From: a virus
Lineage: Duplodnaviria > Caudoviricetes
Reading direction: 5' to 3' (one strand)
IMG/VR virus record: IMGVR_UViG_2859564202_000001
DNA length: 64,000 nt
Shown: positions 42,432 to 51,690 of the stretch, one piece after another
How the letters are laid out: each line of letters opens with the position of its first letter
Position numbering within the stretch: the stretch's first letter is position 1
Notes under the pieces: model-generated
Seen by the model: the letters and a program-made list of their open reading frames with translations, nothing else
Database searches by the model: none
What the model was told of the DNA's origin: nothing
Translations under genes and position numbers: made by a program

Positions 42432-43955
42432 TTAAGCATCTTCAATACGCCTAAAGGCTCGCGCGACTTCTTTATCAAAGTGACCCTGGGCGAGATCACG
42501 CCAATGCGGAAGCTCCACCAGCATGATGCGGAATGCTCGGGTGGTCTTATATTTACCCATAGCAGACAGCGGATCATCCTCTGTGCCAGATAGAGCTTCT
42601 TCACCCTCAGAGTAGACACGCGACTGCTCCACTCCTGCTTGCGCGCGCATAAGTGCAATATCTTCCTGCGACAACGCCTCAATCAACACAGTGCCATCGA
42701 CAGCATTAACCAAGCCGTTGTTAGCAGTCACCCGGAAATTCGGATCTTGAGCAAAAGCGTGCAGGCTCTCATCATAGGCTGCAGTGAGCTCATCTTCGAG
42801 TGAGTCCTGCAGGATGTGGCCGAATTGATCAGCCAGCATATCTCGTGACACCTTGCCTTCGGCATAACGCTTCAACCGCATGTCAGCGAGCTTATGTTCT
42901 GCATTCTCCTGATCGTGAATGAATTCATCATTGACCTCTGCTTCTTCAGACAGAGATTTCTTTTTCACCTTCGTACCAGTAGCCACGGGGAAGCCCTGAG
43001 CACTGTCTTCGAACTCATCATCAAAAACGTCATATTCAGACTCCATGAAATCACGAGCATTCATGACAGACTCATCCCCCTCGTCATAATCCGGCGTGTC
43101 ATCGTACTCATCTTTCGCGATCATCGTGTCCACGATGTCCATGATTTCTGCTGAATACACATCCATATCCAGGCGTGCAATATCAGAGTCATCGAGCCCA
43201 GTCGCCTTTTTATAAATATCGACGGCACGCTGAGTACGAATCGACTGCGCCATGCGCTTTTCCAGCATCGCCATAAAGTCCGGTGCATTTTGATTCACAT
43301 CGAATTCATTAGCGCTCGACAGTGTTGGAATAGTCTGCAACGAGTATTCGCGACCCGGTTGGATAATCTGGTTAGCAAACAACATGAACGACATCGGCCA
43401 AATCGTTTCATTGCGTGACCACACCGGATACTGACCCGCACGGAAGACGATGGCGTTCTGCGATGGCAGAGTATTTAGGTCATTATAAGACACCACCGGC
43501 TCTTTTTCAGTTGCAGACGTGTACGACACTTTACCCTCGGTGCGCATAACTAACTGTGCCAAGTCACGGGTTACGGTCTTTGAATTTCTGCGTACAACAT
43601 GTCGCTCACCTGACCAATCCACCAACGTCTTAATCATTGTTTCGTCTGTGGATTTCAAGAAGATAATGTTGGACGTGTTGTGGGTCGGGATCATATCGTC
43701 AGTGATGTAGAGATGGTCACGGTCGGCAATGCTGATGCATTGCACGGTATCGCGGCGGGAGAATTCTACAGAGACGATTTCATTGTCTGCTGCGGGCACG
43801 TCGAGACGTGCCCGATCTGCTGGATCGAAGTTGTCGAGGATCTCTGGCGCCCGCGCTGCGACACCAGGCAGAAACACCTTATCCCCTCGTGCCAGCATCG
43901 CTTTAAGCTCTGCCGTGGTGACGATTCTGCGCTCGCCAGCAAGTGTTTGCGTCAT
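42432..43955 (-). CDS. virD4: Split-intein C-half (93 aa) fused to the C-terminal 414 aa of a VirD4/TraG coupling protein
   Basis: VQCISIADRDHLYITDDMIPTHN|T intein blocks F/G, then TSNIIFLKSTD...SG; own GAAGGGG RBS. Confidence 0.88.
   Translation of the reverse strand: MTQTLAGERRIVTTAELKAMLARGDKVFLPGVAARAPEILDNFDPADRARLDVPAADNEIVSVEFSRRDTVQCISIADRDHLYITDDMIPTHNTSNIIFLKSTDETMIKTLVDWSGERHVVRRNSKTVTRDLAQLVMRTEGKVSYTSATEKEPVVSYNDLNTLPSQNAIVFRAGQYPVWSRNETIWPMSFMLFANQIIQPGREYSLQTIPTLSSANEFDVNQNAPDFMAMLEKRMAQSIRTQRAVDIYKKATGLDDSDIARLDMDVYSAEIMDIVDTMIAKDEYDDTPDYDEGDESVMNARDFMESEYDVFDDEFEDSAQGFPVATGTKVKKKSLSEEAEVNDEFIHDQENAEHKLADMRLKRYAEGKVSRDMLADQFGHILQDSLEDELTAAYDESLHAFAQDPNFRVTANNGLVNAVDGTVLIEALSQEDIALMRAQAGVEQSRVYSEGEEALSGTEDDPLSAMGKYKTTRAFRIMLVELPHWRDLAQGHFDKEVARAFRRIEDA
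43677..43955 (-). other. IntC: C-terminal half of a class-3 split intein
   Basis: Block F Cys (VQCI), terminal T-H-N, +1 Thr. Confidence 0.88.
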
Positions 43956-44076
43956 ACTATAAACCCCTTCAATTAAATCAAGTAATTAATATACTAACTT
44001 AATTGAGTTTATTTTTACGGTTTAATTTACTCTAAGCGAAGACGCCCGGAATCACCATAAGCACCGTTTCCAGACG

Positions 44077-44114
44077 CAGAAACTAATTGAGCATATTGTA
44101 AAATATAGCTATGC
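44077..44114 (+). repeat. Degenerate direct repeat, copy 1 (copy 2 at 45161-45198)
   Basis: 34/38 identical by eye, with weaker similarity extending about 35 nt upstream. Confidence 0.8.
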
Positions 44115-44181
44115 TGACAATGATTCCGCCACGACCATCTACACAGCTGACAGATAGAAGCGTTGAGAAGTGTTTTAAGTG

Positions 44182-44901
44182 TTAGCGATTAAAGCGCCCA
44201 CAAATATAACCAACAGCAAATCCAGCAAGAGCACTTGTTGTTGCGCTCTCGACAGGACGGGTGGCTATATCCTCGGCAGGACTATCGGGGCTATCAGCAT
44301 TATCTTCGTCATAAAAATCAGTGAGTATGCCATCAATAAAGTCATCCATGATTGATGTGATGAAACTGGCGACTGCAATGAGCAGCAGCGATACGCACAT
44401 AATCCATGCAGGTGCATCACTAAACGTATTAGGTGTGCTTGGGACGATGAATCCAAATGTAACAGAGTAGACAAGTCCGGGAATTAGTAGCGCATAAATA
44501 GCAATTAATACTACATAAGCAATAACAACACTGAACCTAGAAGAAGTCTTGTTGACGTAAAGCGCCATGCGACGTGCGATATGCGCGAACTCATGGCGAC
44601 CGTGCACTACTCTATACATTGTTATCGCCATGTAGATCGCCAGGATTACTACGGATACAATCATTGCAGTCGAAGTTAGCCCTTCGACCAATGGAGTTGG
44701 CGCAATCATCAAAACCAGCAGCAGCGCTCTAATCTTGCGGACGAATAATGTGCGCAACATACTTCCTGCAATTTGCATATTGCTAGGATCGTCTGTGCCC
44801 CTGCCACGTCCGCCCTTGAGGTAGTGGTCTTCAATTCTATTGGTATTAGTCACTGGACTTTTTTCTCCTTGTGTAAATGTTCCTGAAAATAGTAGACTCA
44901 T
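44182..44901 (-). CDS. Membrane protein
   Basis: About 4 hydrophobic segments; start uncertain. Confidence 0.65.
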   Translation of the reverse strand: MSLLFSGTFTQGEKSPVTNTNRIEDHYLKGGRGRGTDDPSNMQIAGSMLRTLFVRKIRALLLVLMIAPTPLVEGLTSTAMIVSVVILAIYMAITMYRVVHGRHEFAHIARRMALYVNKTSSRFSVVIAYVVLIAIYALLIPGLVYSVTFGFIVPSTPNTFSDAPAWIMCVSLLLIAVASFITSIMDDFIDGILTDFYDEDNADSPDSPAEDIATRPVESATTSALAGFAVGYICGRFNR

Positions 44902-45194
44902 TCGACTTTTAGGAATGGCAATTAACTCTGTCGATGAAACTGTGAAGTAAAAGCAGTTTCAGTAAAAGCACATCTATACGTGCTCTCACTATCACTGTGC
45001 GCGCATCATAAAAACGCGCAAGCACTATATAAATATCAACAGTTTCTGCACAATAATCAGAAAACAATAAATAAGCTGGTCACCACAGCAACTCACCCCA
45101 CCCGGTCCCCCTTTTTTCCTCACTGACACCGGAGCCGCCTCAAGCACCACGCTGCAATCACAGAAGCTAGTTGAGCATATTGTAGAATATAACT

Positions 45195-47015
45195 ATGCCA
45201 ACACTGCTTATTGACACCCATCCGCATCTTGCAGCGCAACTTCTTGACCCTGGTTTAGGTGAACTTCTTACAGCCGGTTCCAACAAAAAAGTGCAGTGGC
45301 AGTGCCCTAAGCACTCCAATCACATCTGGACGGCCTCGGTTAATAACCGCACCAATGCAAAGAACCCGCGCTGCCCCTATTGTGCCGGAACACGAGTGTT
45401 GGCAGGTTTTAATGATCTCGCCACCACTCACCCGCATCTTGCTGTACAGCTGGTTGACCAAGATATTGCCGTCACCATTTCCGCTGGTTCTGGCAAAAGA
45501 CAACTGTGGCAGTGTGTAGTAAACCCAAAACACCAGTGGTTGGCTACGCCAAATAATCGCACGAGTACTAAATCTGCGAGTTCTGGTTGCCCCTACTGTG
45601 CCAACCGAGCGGTATTAGTCGGTGACAATGACTTTGCAACAACCTACCCCGAACTTGCAGCGCAATTAGTAGATCAATCTGCAGCGACAACCTTTACAGC
45701 CGGCCACAACAAGCCTGTTGAGTGGATCTGTTGCAAGCATGAACCACCATTTATCTGGAAAACCTCACCAATTTTGCGTGTACGACAGAACACCCAGTGC
45801 CCTGTGTGCTCAGAGCGAACTGTGGCGCCGGCGCTTAATGATCTTGCAACCACTCACCCTAAACTTGCCGAGCAAATTGCAGATCCTCAACCAAGTGGTG
45901 TGAGCGCCGCGGCCATTATCCCCACCATTAGCAGGGGTTCCCATACGCAATTAACATGGCAATGTTCTAAAAATCATGACCACCAATGGGTCGCCACAGT
46001 AAAGGATCGTGTTCGCGGAACAGACTGCCCCACCTGCGCAAATACAGGAACTTCACGCAAAGAGGCTGAACTTATTGAGGTCATCCGTGCATTATTCCCA
46101 AACACTGATGTCCAGCAAGGTGCGCTCATTAATGGACGTACCGGTAATCAAGGTGCATCGCCGTCAACCGATGTACTCATACCGTCCAAAAATCTCGCTA
46201 TCGAGTTCAACGGCCTGTACTGGCACTCTGAGCTTTTCATCAAAGATAAGCATTATCATGCGAACAAATCAGCTCTCGCAGAACAAGCCGGTGTGCAGCT
46301 CATTCATGTGTGGGAGGACGACTGGAATCTTCGCCGCGACATTGTGATCCGCATGATCGCACACAAGCTTCATGCAACCCATAACCTCAGTGCTGTTTTG
46401 CCTACCGAAACTACTGACTCACGTGTGGCAACCACCGCTTTCGCCCGTACACTCACACTGTCGGTGGTCTCTGGTTCACGCGCTGCTGCATTCTTGAACA
46501 GCAACCATATTCAGGGTGCTGTCTCGGCCACTAAGCACTTTGCCCTGTGCGACAACAACGACGATATTCGAGCACTCCTGTCGGTGCGCTCACCAAAAAA
46601 CAATGCCCGCATGTATCGCAAAAAAGGCACATGGGAAATCCAGCGCTATGCGACACTCGGTAACGTCCCTGGCGGTTTTACTAGGCTGCTGAAGTTTGCC
46701 GAGCACACACTCAACGAACACAGCACAGTACTCAAGCAATGGATCTCATTTTCTGCTGCTGATGTCTCTGACGGCAGCCTGTATCGAACTGCCGGTTTTA
46801 CCGCCGAGCAACAGCTTGCACCGGATTATCGCTATGTCGGTGGCGCAACAGGTTGGCGCCGAACACCCAAAGAAAGCTTCCAGCGCAAACGCTTTAGAGA
46901 CGACCCAGCGTTGCTATGGAACGAATCTTGGACAGAGCACGAAGCAGCGCTCAACAACGAGCTCTACAGAATCTACGATGCCGGCAAAACCCGGTGGGTT
47001 AAAAATGTTGCTTGA
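45195..47015 (+). CDS. Free-standing zinc-ribbon-repeat endonuclease (putative homing endonuclease)
   Basis: Four HPxLAxQ...WxC...W...CPxC repeats, then TDVLIPSKNLAIEFNGLYWHS...IHVWEDDW Vsr/PD-(D/E)xK-like domain and an extra C-terminal domain. TAGAAT 6 nt before the ATG suggests a leaderless transcript. Confidence 0.75.
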   Translation: MPTLLIDTHPHLAAQLLDPGLGELLTAGSNKKVQWQCPKHSNHIWTASVNNRTNAKNPRCPYCAGTRVLAGFNDLATTHPHLAVQLVDQDIAVTISAGSGKRQLWQCVVNPKHQWLATPNNRTSTKSASSGCPYCANRAVLVGDNDFATTYPELAAQLVDQSAATTFTAGHNKPVEWICCKHEPPFIWKTSPILRVRQNTQCPVCSERTVAPALNDLATTHPKLAEQIADPQPSGVSAAAIIPTISRGSHTQLTWQCSKNHDHQWVATVKDRVRGTDCPTCANTGTSRKEAELIEVIRALFPNTDVQQGALINGRTGNQGASPSTDVLIPSKNLAIEFNGLYWHSELFIKDKHYHANKSALAEQAGVQLIHVWEDDWNLRRDIVIRMIAHKLHATHNLSAVLPTETTDSRVATTAFARTLTLSVVSGSRAAAFLNSNHIQGAVSATKHFALCDNNDDIRALLSVRSPKNNARMYRKKGTWEIQRYATLGNVPGGFTRLLKFAEHTLNEHSTVLKQWISFSAADVSDGSLYRTAGFTAEQQLAPDYRYVGGATGWRRTPKESFQRKRFRDDPALLWNESWTEHEAALNNELYRIYDAGKTRWVKNVA

Positions 47016-47178
47016 TTCTGCAGATTAGTTACTGAAACTGAATTAATGTAGGCTGCGTATGGCCTATTTTTGCTGGTTGTACAGTGTTTTTCCGCATTCG
47101 TAAGGGATGAGTGACCTGTCAGGTTGCCACTTCTAACCAAATAATAAGTAATCAATTTTAAAGGAAAAGAATTAAAGC

Positions 47179-47558
47179 ATGTCTAAAAATACAAATATTT
47201 CGCCATTGCTCTCCTAGCACCCATCCTCGGCTTAGTCGCTGCAGGTTGCTCCACTACAGCTGAAGAGCCAGCTGCAACTCAGGTAGAAGAAACAACAGTC
47301 GCCCGAGTTGAACACGATACTTACGACACTATTGCTAACCAGCTACAAGATGCCGGTGTCTATGACGATGTGGCCTTTGCCGAAGGCTACTACCAGGAAA
47401 TGGCTGAGGTTGTATGTGAAGCACGCGAAGAGGGTATCACCCACGAGGACACCCTGCATATGCTCAATGACATGATGGCAATGAAACGATCTGGCGAAGT
47501 ACTCAATACGCTCGCTGATGTTCTCTATGCAAATGAATGCCCTGAATATCGAATCTAA
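47179..47558 (+). pseudogene. Lipoprotein gene with a 1-nt frameshift in an A5 run
   Basis: Adding one A at 47185-47189 gives MSKKYKYFAIALLAPILGLVAAG-C (lipobox), in frame with ORF 47370-47558. Confidence 0.7.
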
Positions 47559-47597
47559 ATTGTTGGTTCACTCTGCATAGACACAACACCACACAAC

Positions 47598-47636
47598 AAA
47601 AAACAACCCCCTAAGGATAATCCTCAGGGGGTTGTT
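47598..47636. terminator. Terminator directly after the IntN stop (probably bidirectional)
   Basis: AACAACCCCCT...AGGGGGTTGTT; U tract on the - strand. Confidence 0.8.
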
Positions 47637-47649
47637 CTGTTTCGACTCA

Positions 47650-47969
47650 TTATGCTGCGCTTGCTGCATCCTGCTCGGCAGGAACCACAATCACTTCCCA
47701 CAAATGCTCATCACAAGCCTCTGTGGTTGAGCCATCTTTACGTGTCACAGTAAATACATCTCGCTCACCCTGTGGGAACACACCGTCAATCTCGCTGACT
47801 GTCCCCTTTGGGGTAAGCACCTTCATACCTGCTTCTGCTTCGCCCATCGTGACCCATCCATCAGGTGTTGCGATCTTCGCCGTCAACGGCTGCGCATTAC
47901 CTTGGAGAATCTTGTCTGAGGCTTCGCCATACACCTGAGTCAACTGCTGCAGTGTCTGCAGAATCAATG
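47650..47969 (-). CDS. virD4: VirD4/TraG exon 3 followed by split-intein N-half
   Basis: (T)LILQTLQQLTQVYGEASDKILQGN continues exon 2 in frame after intron removal, then AQPL... intein block A. Confidence 0.88.
47653..47895 (-). other. IntN: 81-aa N-terminal half of a class-3 split intein
   Basis: Block A AQPLTAKIATPDGWVTMG; block B DGSTTEACDEHLW. Confidence 0.88.
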
Positions 47970-50033
47970 ATGTCAATAGGTAACGCTTTGATCTTATCTC
48001 CACGTTTTCCCCTGACCCACACCGTACGTGCGACTTTCACCGCATACGGCGCTCCATCACTAGAGTTCTTATCCCTCCGGTGACTTGTGACCATTACTCC
48101 TGCTCTCATTACAAGAGCTATCAACGCTTCGATCACTACTTTTCAACACTCGTTCGACTGCTTATTATTCTTCGTCAGTCTACGCAAAACCGCTATCCAA
48201 AAACTTCTTCCTGAAACGGACCACTTACTAATAACTCGCCAATTGATTCTGCTGTTCTCGCCGTATATGGGATCTCCAAAAGTGTTAGCTCTCGGACTAC
48301 AGTAAACGCTCGTTTTCGTCTGTCGTGCTCTTGTTGGATCGCGAAACGACTCTCTCCACCGAAATACTCAACTGGTCTAAAATGCTGCTCACCTTGGCAC
48401 TCAATCAACAACCAGGGCTCGGTATCCTTGAAAACCAAAAAATCATAACTCAGTGGTCCTCCACCAACCCCCACCAAACCATCGAAAGTCTTTTGAGATT
48501 CAAACTGAAAATCATTCTTTAAAAGAAAGTCCCTGACATGTGACTCTTGGATTGATCCGTGCAAACAACCACACGATTGGCTAATACCCTGCCTCAACAT
48601 AATCCCAGCAACAGCATTTTCGGAGCCGCACATACATCGGCACAACCACATTTGAGACCGCCCACCACCAGGGTAAAACCTGTCATCCGTACGAGACAGC
48701 ACAGTCCACTGGTTAAATACCTTGCCAGTCAAATCTTCAAAAACAGCAGTTTCTCGTCGCTGTTCTATGCGATAGCACCCGCACGATATTGACCGACCCC
48801 GCAACAAAGACTGTTCCAATACGTCCCTTGTCGCTCCACACTCGCACTCGCAAAACCACGCCTTAGATAAGCGACCCCACTGCAGCACGTCCTCACCACG
48901 TCGAACAACAGACCATCGACCAAATGTGGAACCAACTAAATCCCTATTCTTTGAAAGCGACTCGATTTTTAGACAACCACACGATTTCGAATCACCATTC
49001 TTCAGTGACCCCGCAGCAAGATCTTTCTCAACACCGCAAGTACATCTGCAATGCCACATGGTGGTTTTCCTTCCTGTGGAGGAAACCCTACTTTCCGCTC
49101 GATCTATGACAGTCCATCGCCCAAACACCTGACCTATGAGATCCTGTAAGTTCTTACCCTGCATCCTTTTACGAACAGTCTCATAACGACGACAACCGCA
49201 CGATGCGGTTTCATCAGCGTTCTTAAATCTAGAGGCCGGTGCATCATACTCCCTGCCACAATCACAAAGACATTGATACCGAACCTCAATCTTGCCACTT
49301 TTGTTTACACGATCGTTAGTGCGATAAAGAACTTTTATATGCCCGAAAGTTTTACCGGATAAATCATTAAACTTTCGTCGCCGATGTTGTTGCGGTGCTC
49401 GTATTGTCATCTCAAACTACTTTCAAATATATACCTTTATTTGTATATATTACCCCTTTTAATTAATTAAACAAGCTTTCAGCCTTGATAACAAGTGGTC
49501 CATTTCACTATAAAGTTATTAAATATTGGCAGCTATTTCACGCCGAATATCTTTCCCAGTTCCGTTTCACCTATCCGTTACATGCTGCCCTTAGGTGCTC
49601 ACTCTGACCCTGCTCGCCTCGGATGTGCCTGTAACACATCAGGGAGGTTCATAAATTCAAGTCTTACTTGTCCCCTACGAGCACTAACGCATTTCTACGC
49701 CGAACAATTCAAGAGCCGTACATTCGCAAGTTCGTCAGTTATCTCACTCGATAACATTCTCACCCTAGGCAGTTTCTGGACACCCGGCATATCAGCGGCA
49801 CATCAGATCACTCTGACGCTTTCGTAGCTACTGTGATCAAATCCCAGCACCTTTACGACCGACCTTCTGCCGACTCTAACGGGCTTTATACAGTTCTATT
49901 TTGTTCAAACCGCATACCGTAGCTTGGTGTGCACATTTCAGGGCGTTACTCCGTCATTCTGTGTATCAATGAAACAGTTTCTTGCAACTTTAAGCTGCAA
50001 GAGCGTAGTTTTTCGCTACGCAACTGGTCGCAC
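47970..50033 (-). mobile_element. Group II intron (2064 nt, class-B-like) without reverse transcriptase
   Basis: 5' GTGCG at 50033; domain V GCGCCGTATGCGGTGAAAGTCGCACGTACGGTGT (48052-48019); domain VI with bulged A 47977; 3' AT end. Removal gives in-frame TTT A|CA TTG. Confidence 0.92.
48193..49410 (-). CDS. Group II intron-encoded putative endonuclease
   Basis: Four DLxGxxFGxxxV...CxCxCG...SCGC repeats plus YDFL...LIECQGEQHF...HDRRK...LLEIPY Vsr-like domain; no YADD or other RT motifs. Confidence 0.8.
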   Translation of the reverse strand: MTIRAPQQHRRRKFNDLSGKTFGHIKVLYRTNDRVNKSGKIEVRYQCLCDCGREYDAPASRFKNADETASCGCRRYETVRKRMQGKNLQDLIGQVFGRWTVIDRAESRVSSTGRKTTMWHCRCTCGVEKDLAAGSLKNGDSKSCGCLKIESLSKNRDLVGSTFGRWSVVRRGEDVLQWGRLSKAWFCECECGATRDVLEQSLLRGRSISCGCYRIEQRRETAVFEDLTGKVFNQWTVLSRTDDRFYPGGGRSQMWLCRCMCGSENAVAGIMLRQGISQSCGCLHGSIQESHVRDFLLKNDFQFESQKTFDGLVGVGGGPLSYDFLVFKDTEPWLLIECQGEQHFRPVEYFGGESRFAIQQEHDRRKRAFTVVRELTLLEIPYTARTAESIGELLVSGPFQEEVFG

Positions 50034-51690
50034 TAAATTGTTGTTCTTGTCCCAGACCGATCGAGAGCATGGTTTCAAATCCCGCAATACCATGACCCTC
50101 ACTCTGAAGGTTTCCCAACTCGTCCAACATGAAACGAGTCTTATAATCCGGCTTCTGATTCTCACGCGTCATATACGAGGAATCGAAGTTCAGATCCACA
50201 AGCTGTTTGATGAGAATCAAAATCAACTTCGCATATTTCATAAGATGCGGAGGCGTTACGAAGAACACTGCCTTAGGCTTCTCCGAATACCGCACATTCA
50301 GAGCCGACACCGCATCAACCATCGCATCAACCTGCTTGATCATGTCATGACCCGGCATATTGATCTGTTCCTGCGTGAGTTGGTCAAGATTCAGTTTCTT
50401 CGTCTTAAACTGCACATGACCTGGAACAAAGTCACCAGCATCGTTTTTCACCAGCTCGATCAGCAGACCATTCTTAATGATCTTCTCATCGGTCACCGGA
50501 TCAGTAATAAACGCACGGCCTTTAAGGTTCGTTTGGTAGCCCTTGGTGAACTTGAAGTACAGAGTCTTGATCAACGTGCCAGAAGTACCATTGAGAATCC
50601 GCAAACGCAGGTACGCAGTATTACTCGGGAACGAGTCTTTAATATAGAACCGCGCCCAACCCTCAACCGACAGCGTGTCATCATGAACAAAATTCTTACC
50701 CAACGGCTTGGTGAACTTGGCGTCACTATACGCATCCCATTTCACCTGTGATCCAACCAGGTTGTAGCGCTTCACATAGGGGGCCGCAAAACGAACACCC
50801 ATGCGCCGTGGAAACGACAATCCGGCCAAGTCAACGTTCTGACTTAGTGTGCCTGAGGTTAACGTTGAAATTGTGGGGTCTGTAAAGAAGGACATCGCTG
50901 TAATCGCGATACCGTAGACCGACGCCATCATTTTTTCAGCGCCACCCATTGCTTTCAGGGCCTTATCTGCGTTGCCCACCAGAGTACGAACACTGGACTT
51001 TGGCAGACCGTCTGTGGCACTAAAGAACAAGGTGAGCATGTCTTTTTCTTTCTCACCCTCCCACAGAAACATTTCGTTCTCTTCGGCCTCTGTCACAGCA
51101 TCCTGGAACATCATGGCTGCATTTTCATCAGTCTCTAAGTTACCGAATTCACCGGCACGTGCACGTTCATTGAGTCGCTCAACGGGATTCTTCAGCTTCT
51201 TTGCCGAAAGCTGCACAAAGAGCTGGTAGCAGTTGTAGAGCGTGACCTTACCCCACATCTGATCAATACGTGTATCAAGCACCTTGGCATCCCAATTCTC
51301 AGCTGCAGCCTGCTTGCGCATCTCGCGCTCCTCTTCCAAATAGAAGTCGATAAGACCATAGGCTGCACGCTTGAAGGCATTGTTGGCCGCATTCGGCCAT
51401 ACCGGATCATCGGCACCGTCCACCGGAAAGAACACCTCTGCGATATTTTCCACATAGGTTGCGCACTTCATCCCGTTACCTTCGCGAGCTGCTTCGGCTG
51501 CTAATCCCAACGGGTTATAAATATCAGTTTTCAGGTTGTTAATCAGGTTAAACTGAACAACCTGAAAACCGCGCTTAGACATCCGAACATAATTTTTCTT
51601 CAGCAACTCGCCTTTAGGGTCGTTGATACACATATTGTTCGGTCGAGTTTCCCTCGTCCACATGTCGATCATTGGCTCAATGTAGGTCTG
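50034..51690 (-). CDS. virD4: VirD4/TraG exon 2 (5' boundary 51690 or 51687)
   Basis: QTYIEPMIDMW...INDPKGEL...YNPL...Walker B FMLDELGNL...GLGQEQQF. Confidence 0.9.

Noticed and set aside
45195-46050. Repeats in the three endonuclease genes as a CRISPR-like array
   Set aside because: Degenerate protein-level repeats, not identical DNA repeats with spacers.
47970-48003. ORF-track N-terminus MEIRSKRYLLTS of the 117-aa ORF
   Set aside because: It is intron domain VI read in frame; the true exon begins at 47969.
49990-50010. tmRNA (ssrA) gene or fragment
   Set aside because: Only the tag-like codons are present, with no tRNA-like ends; they lie inside the group II intron.
49924-50751. 275-aa + strand ORF and the many other antisense ORFs over long genes
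   Set aside because: No motifs, and they overlap well-supported genes on the other strand.
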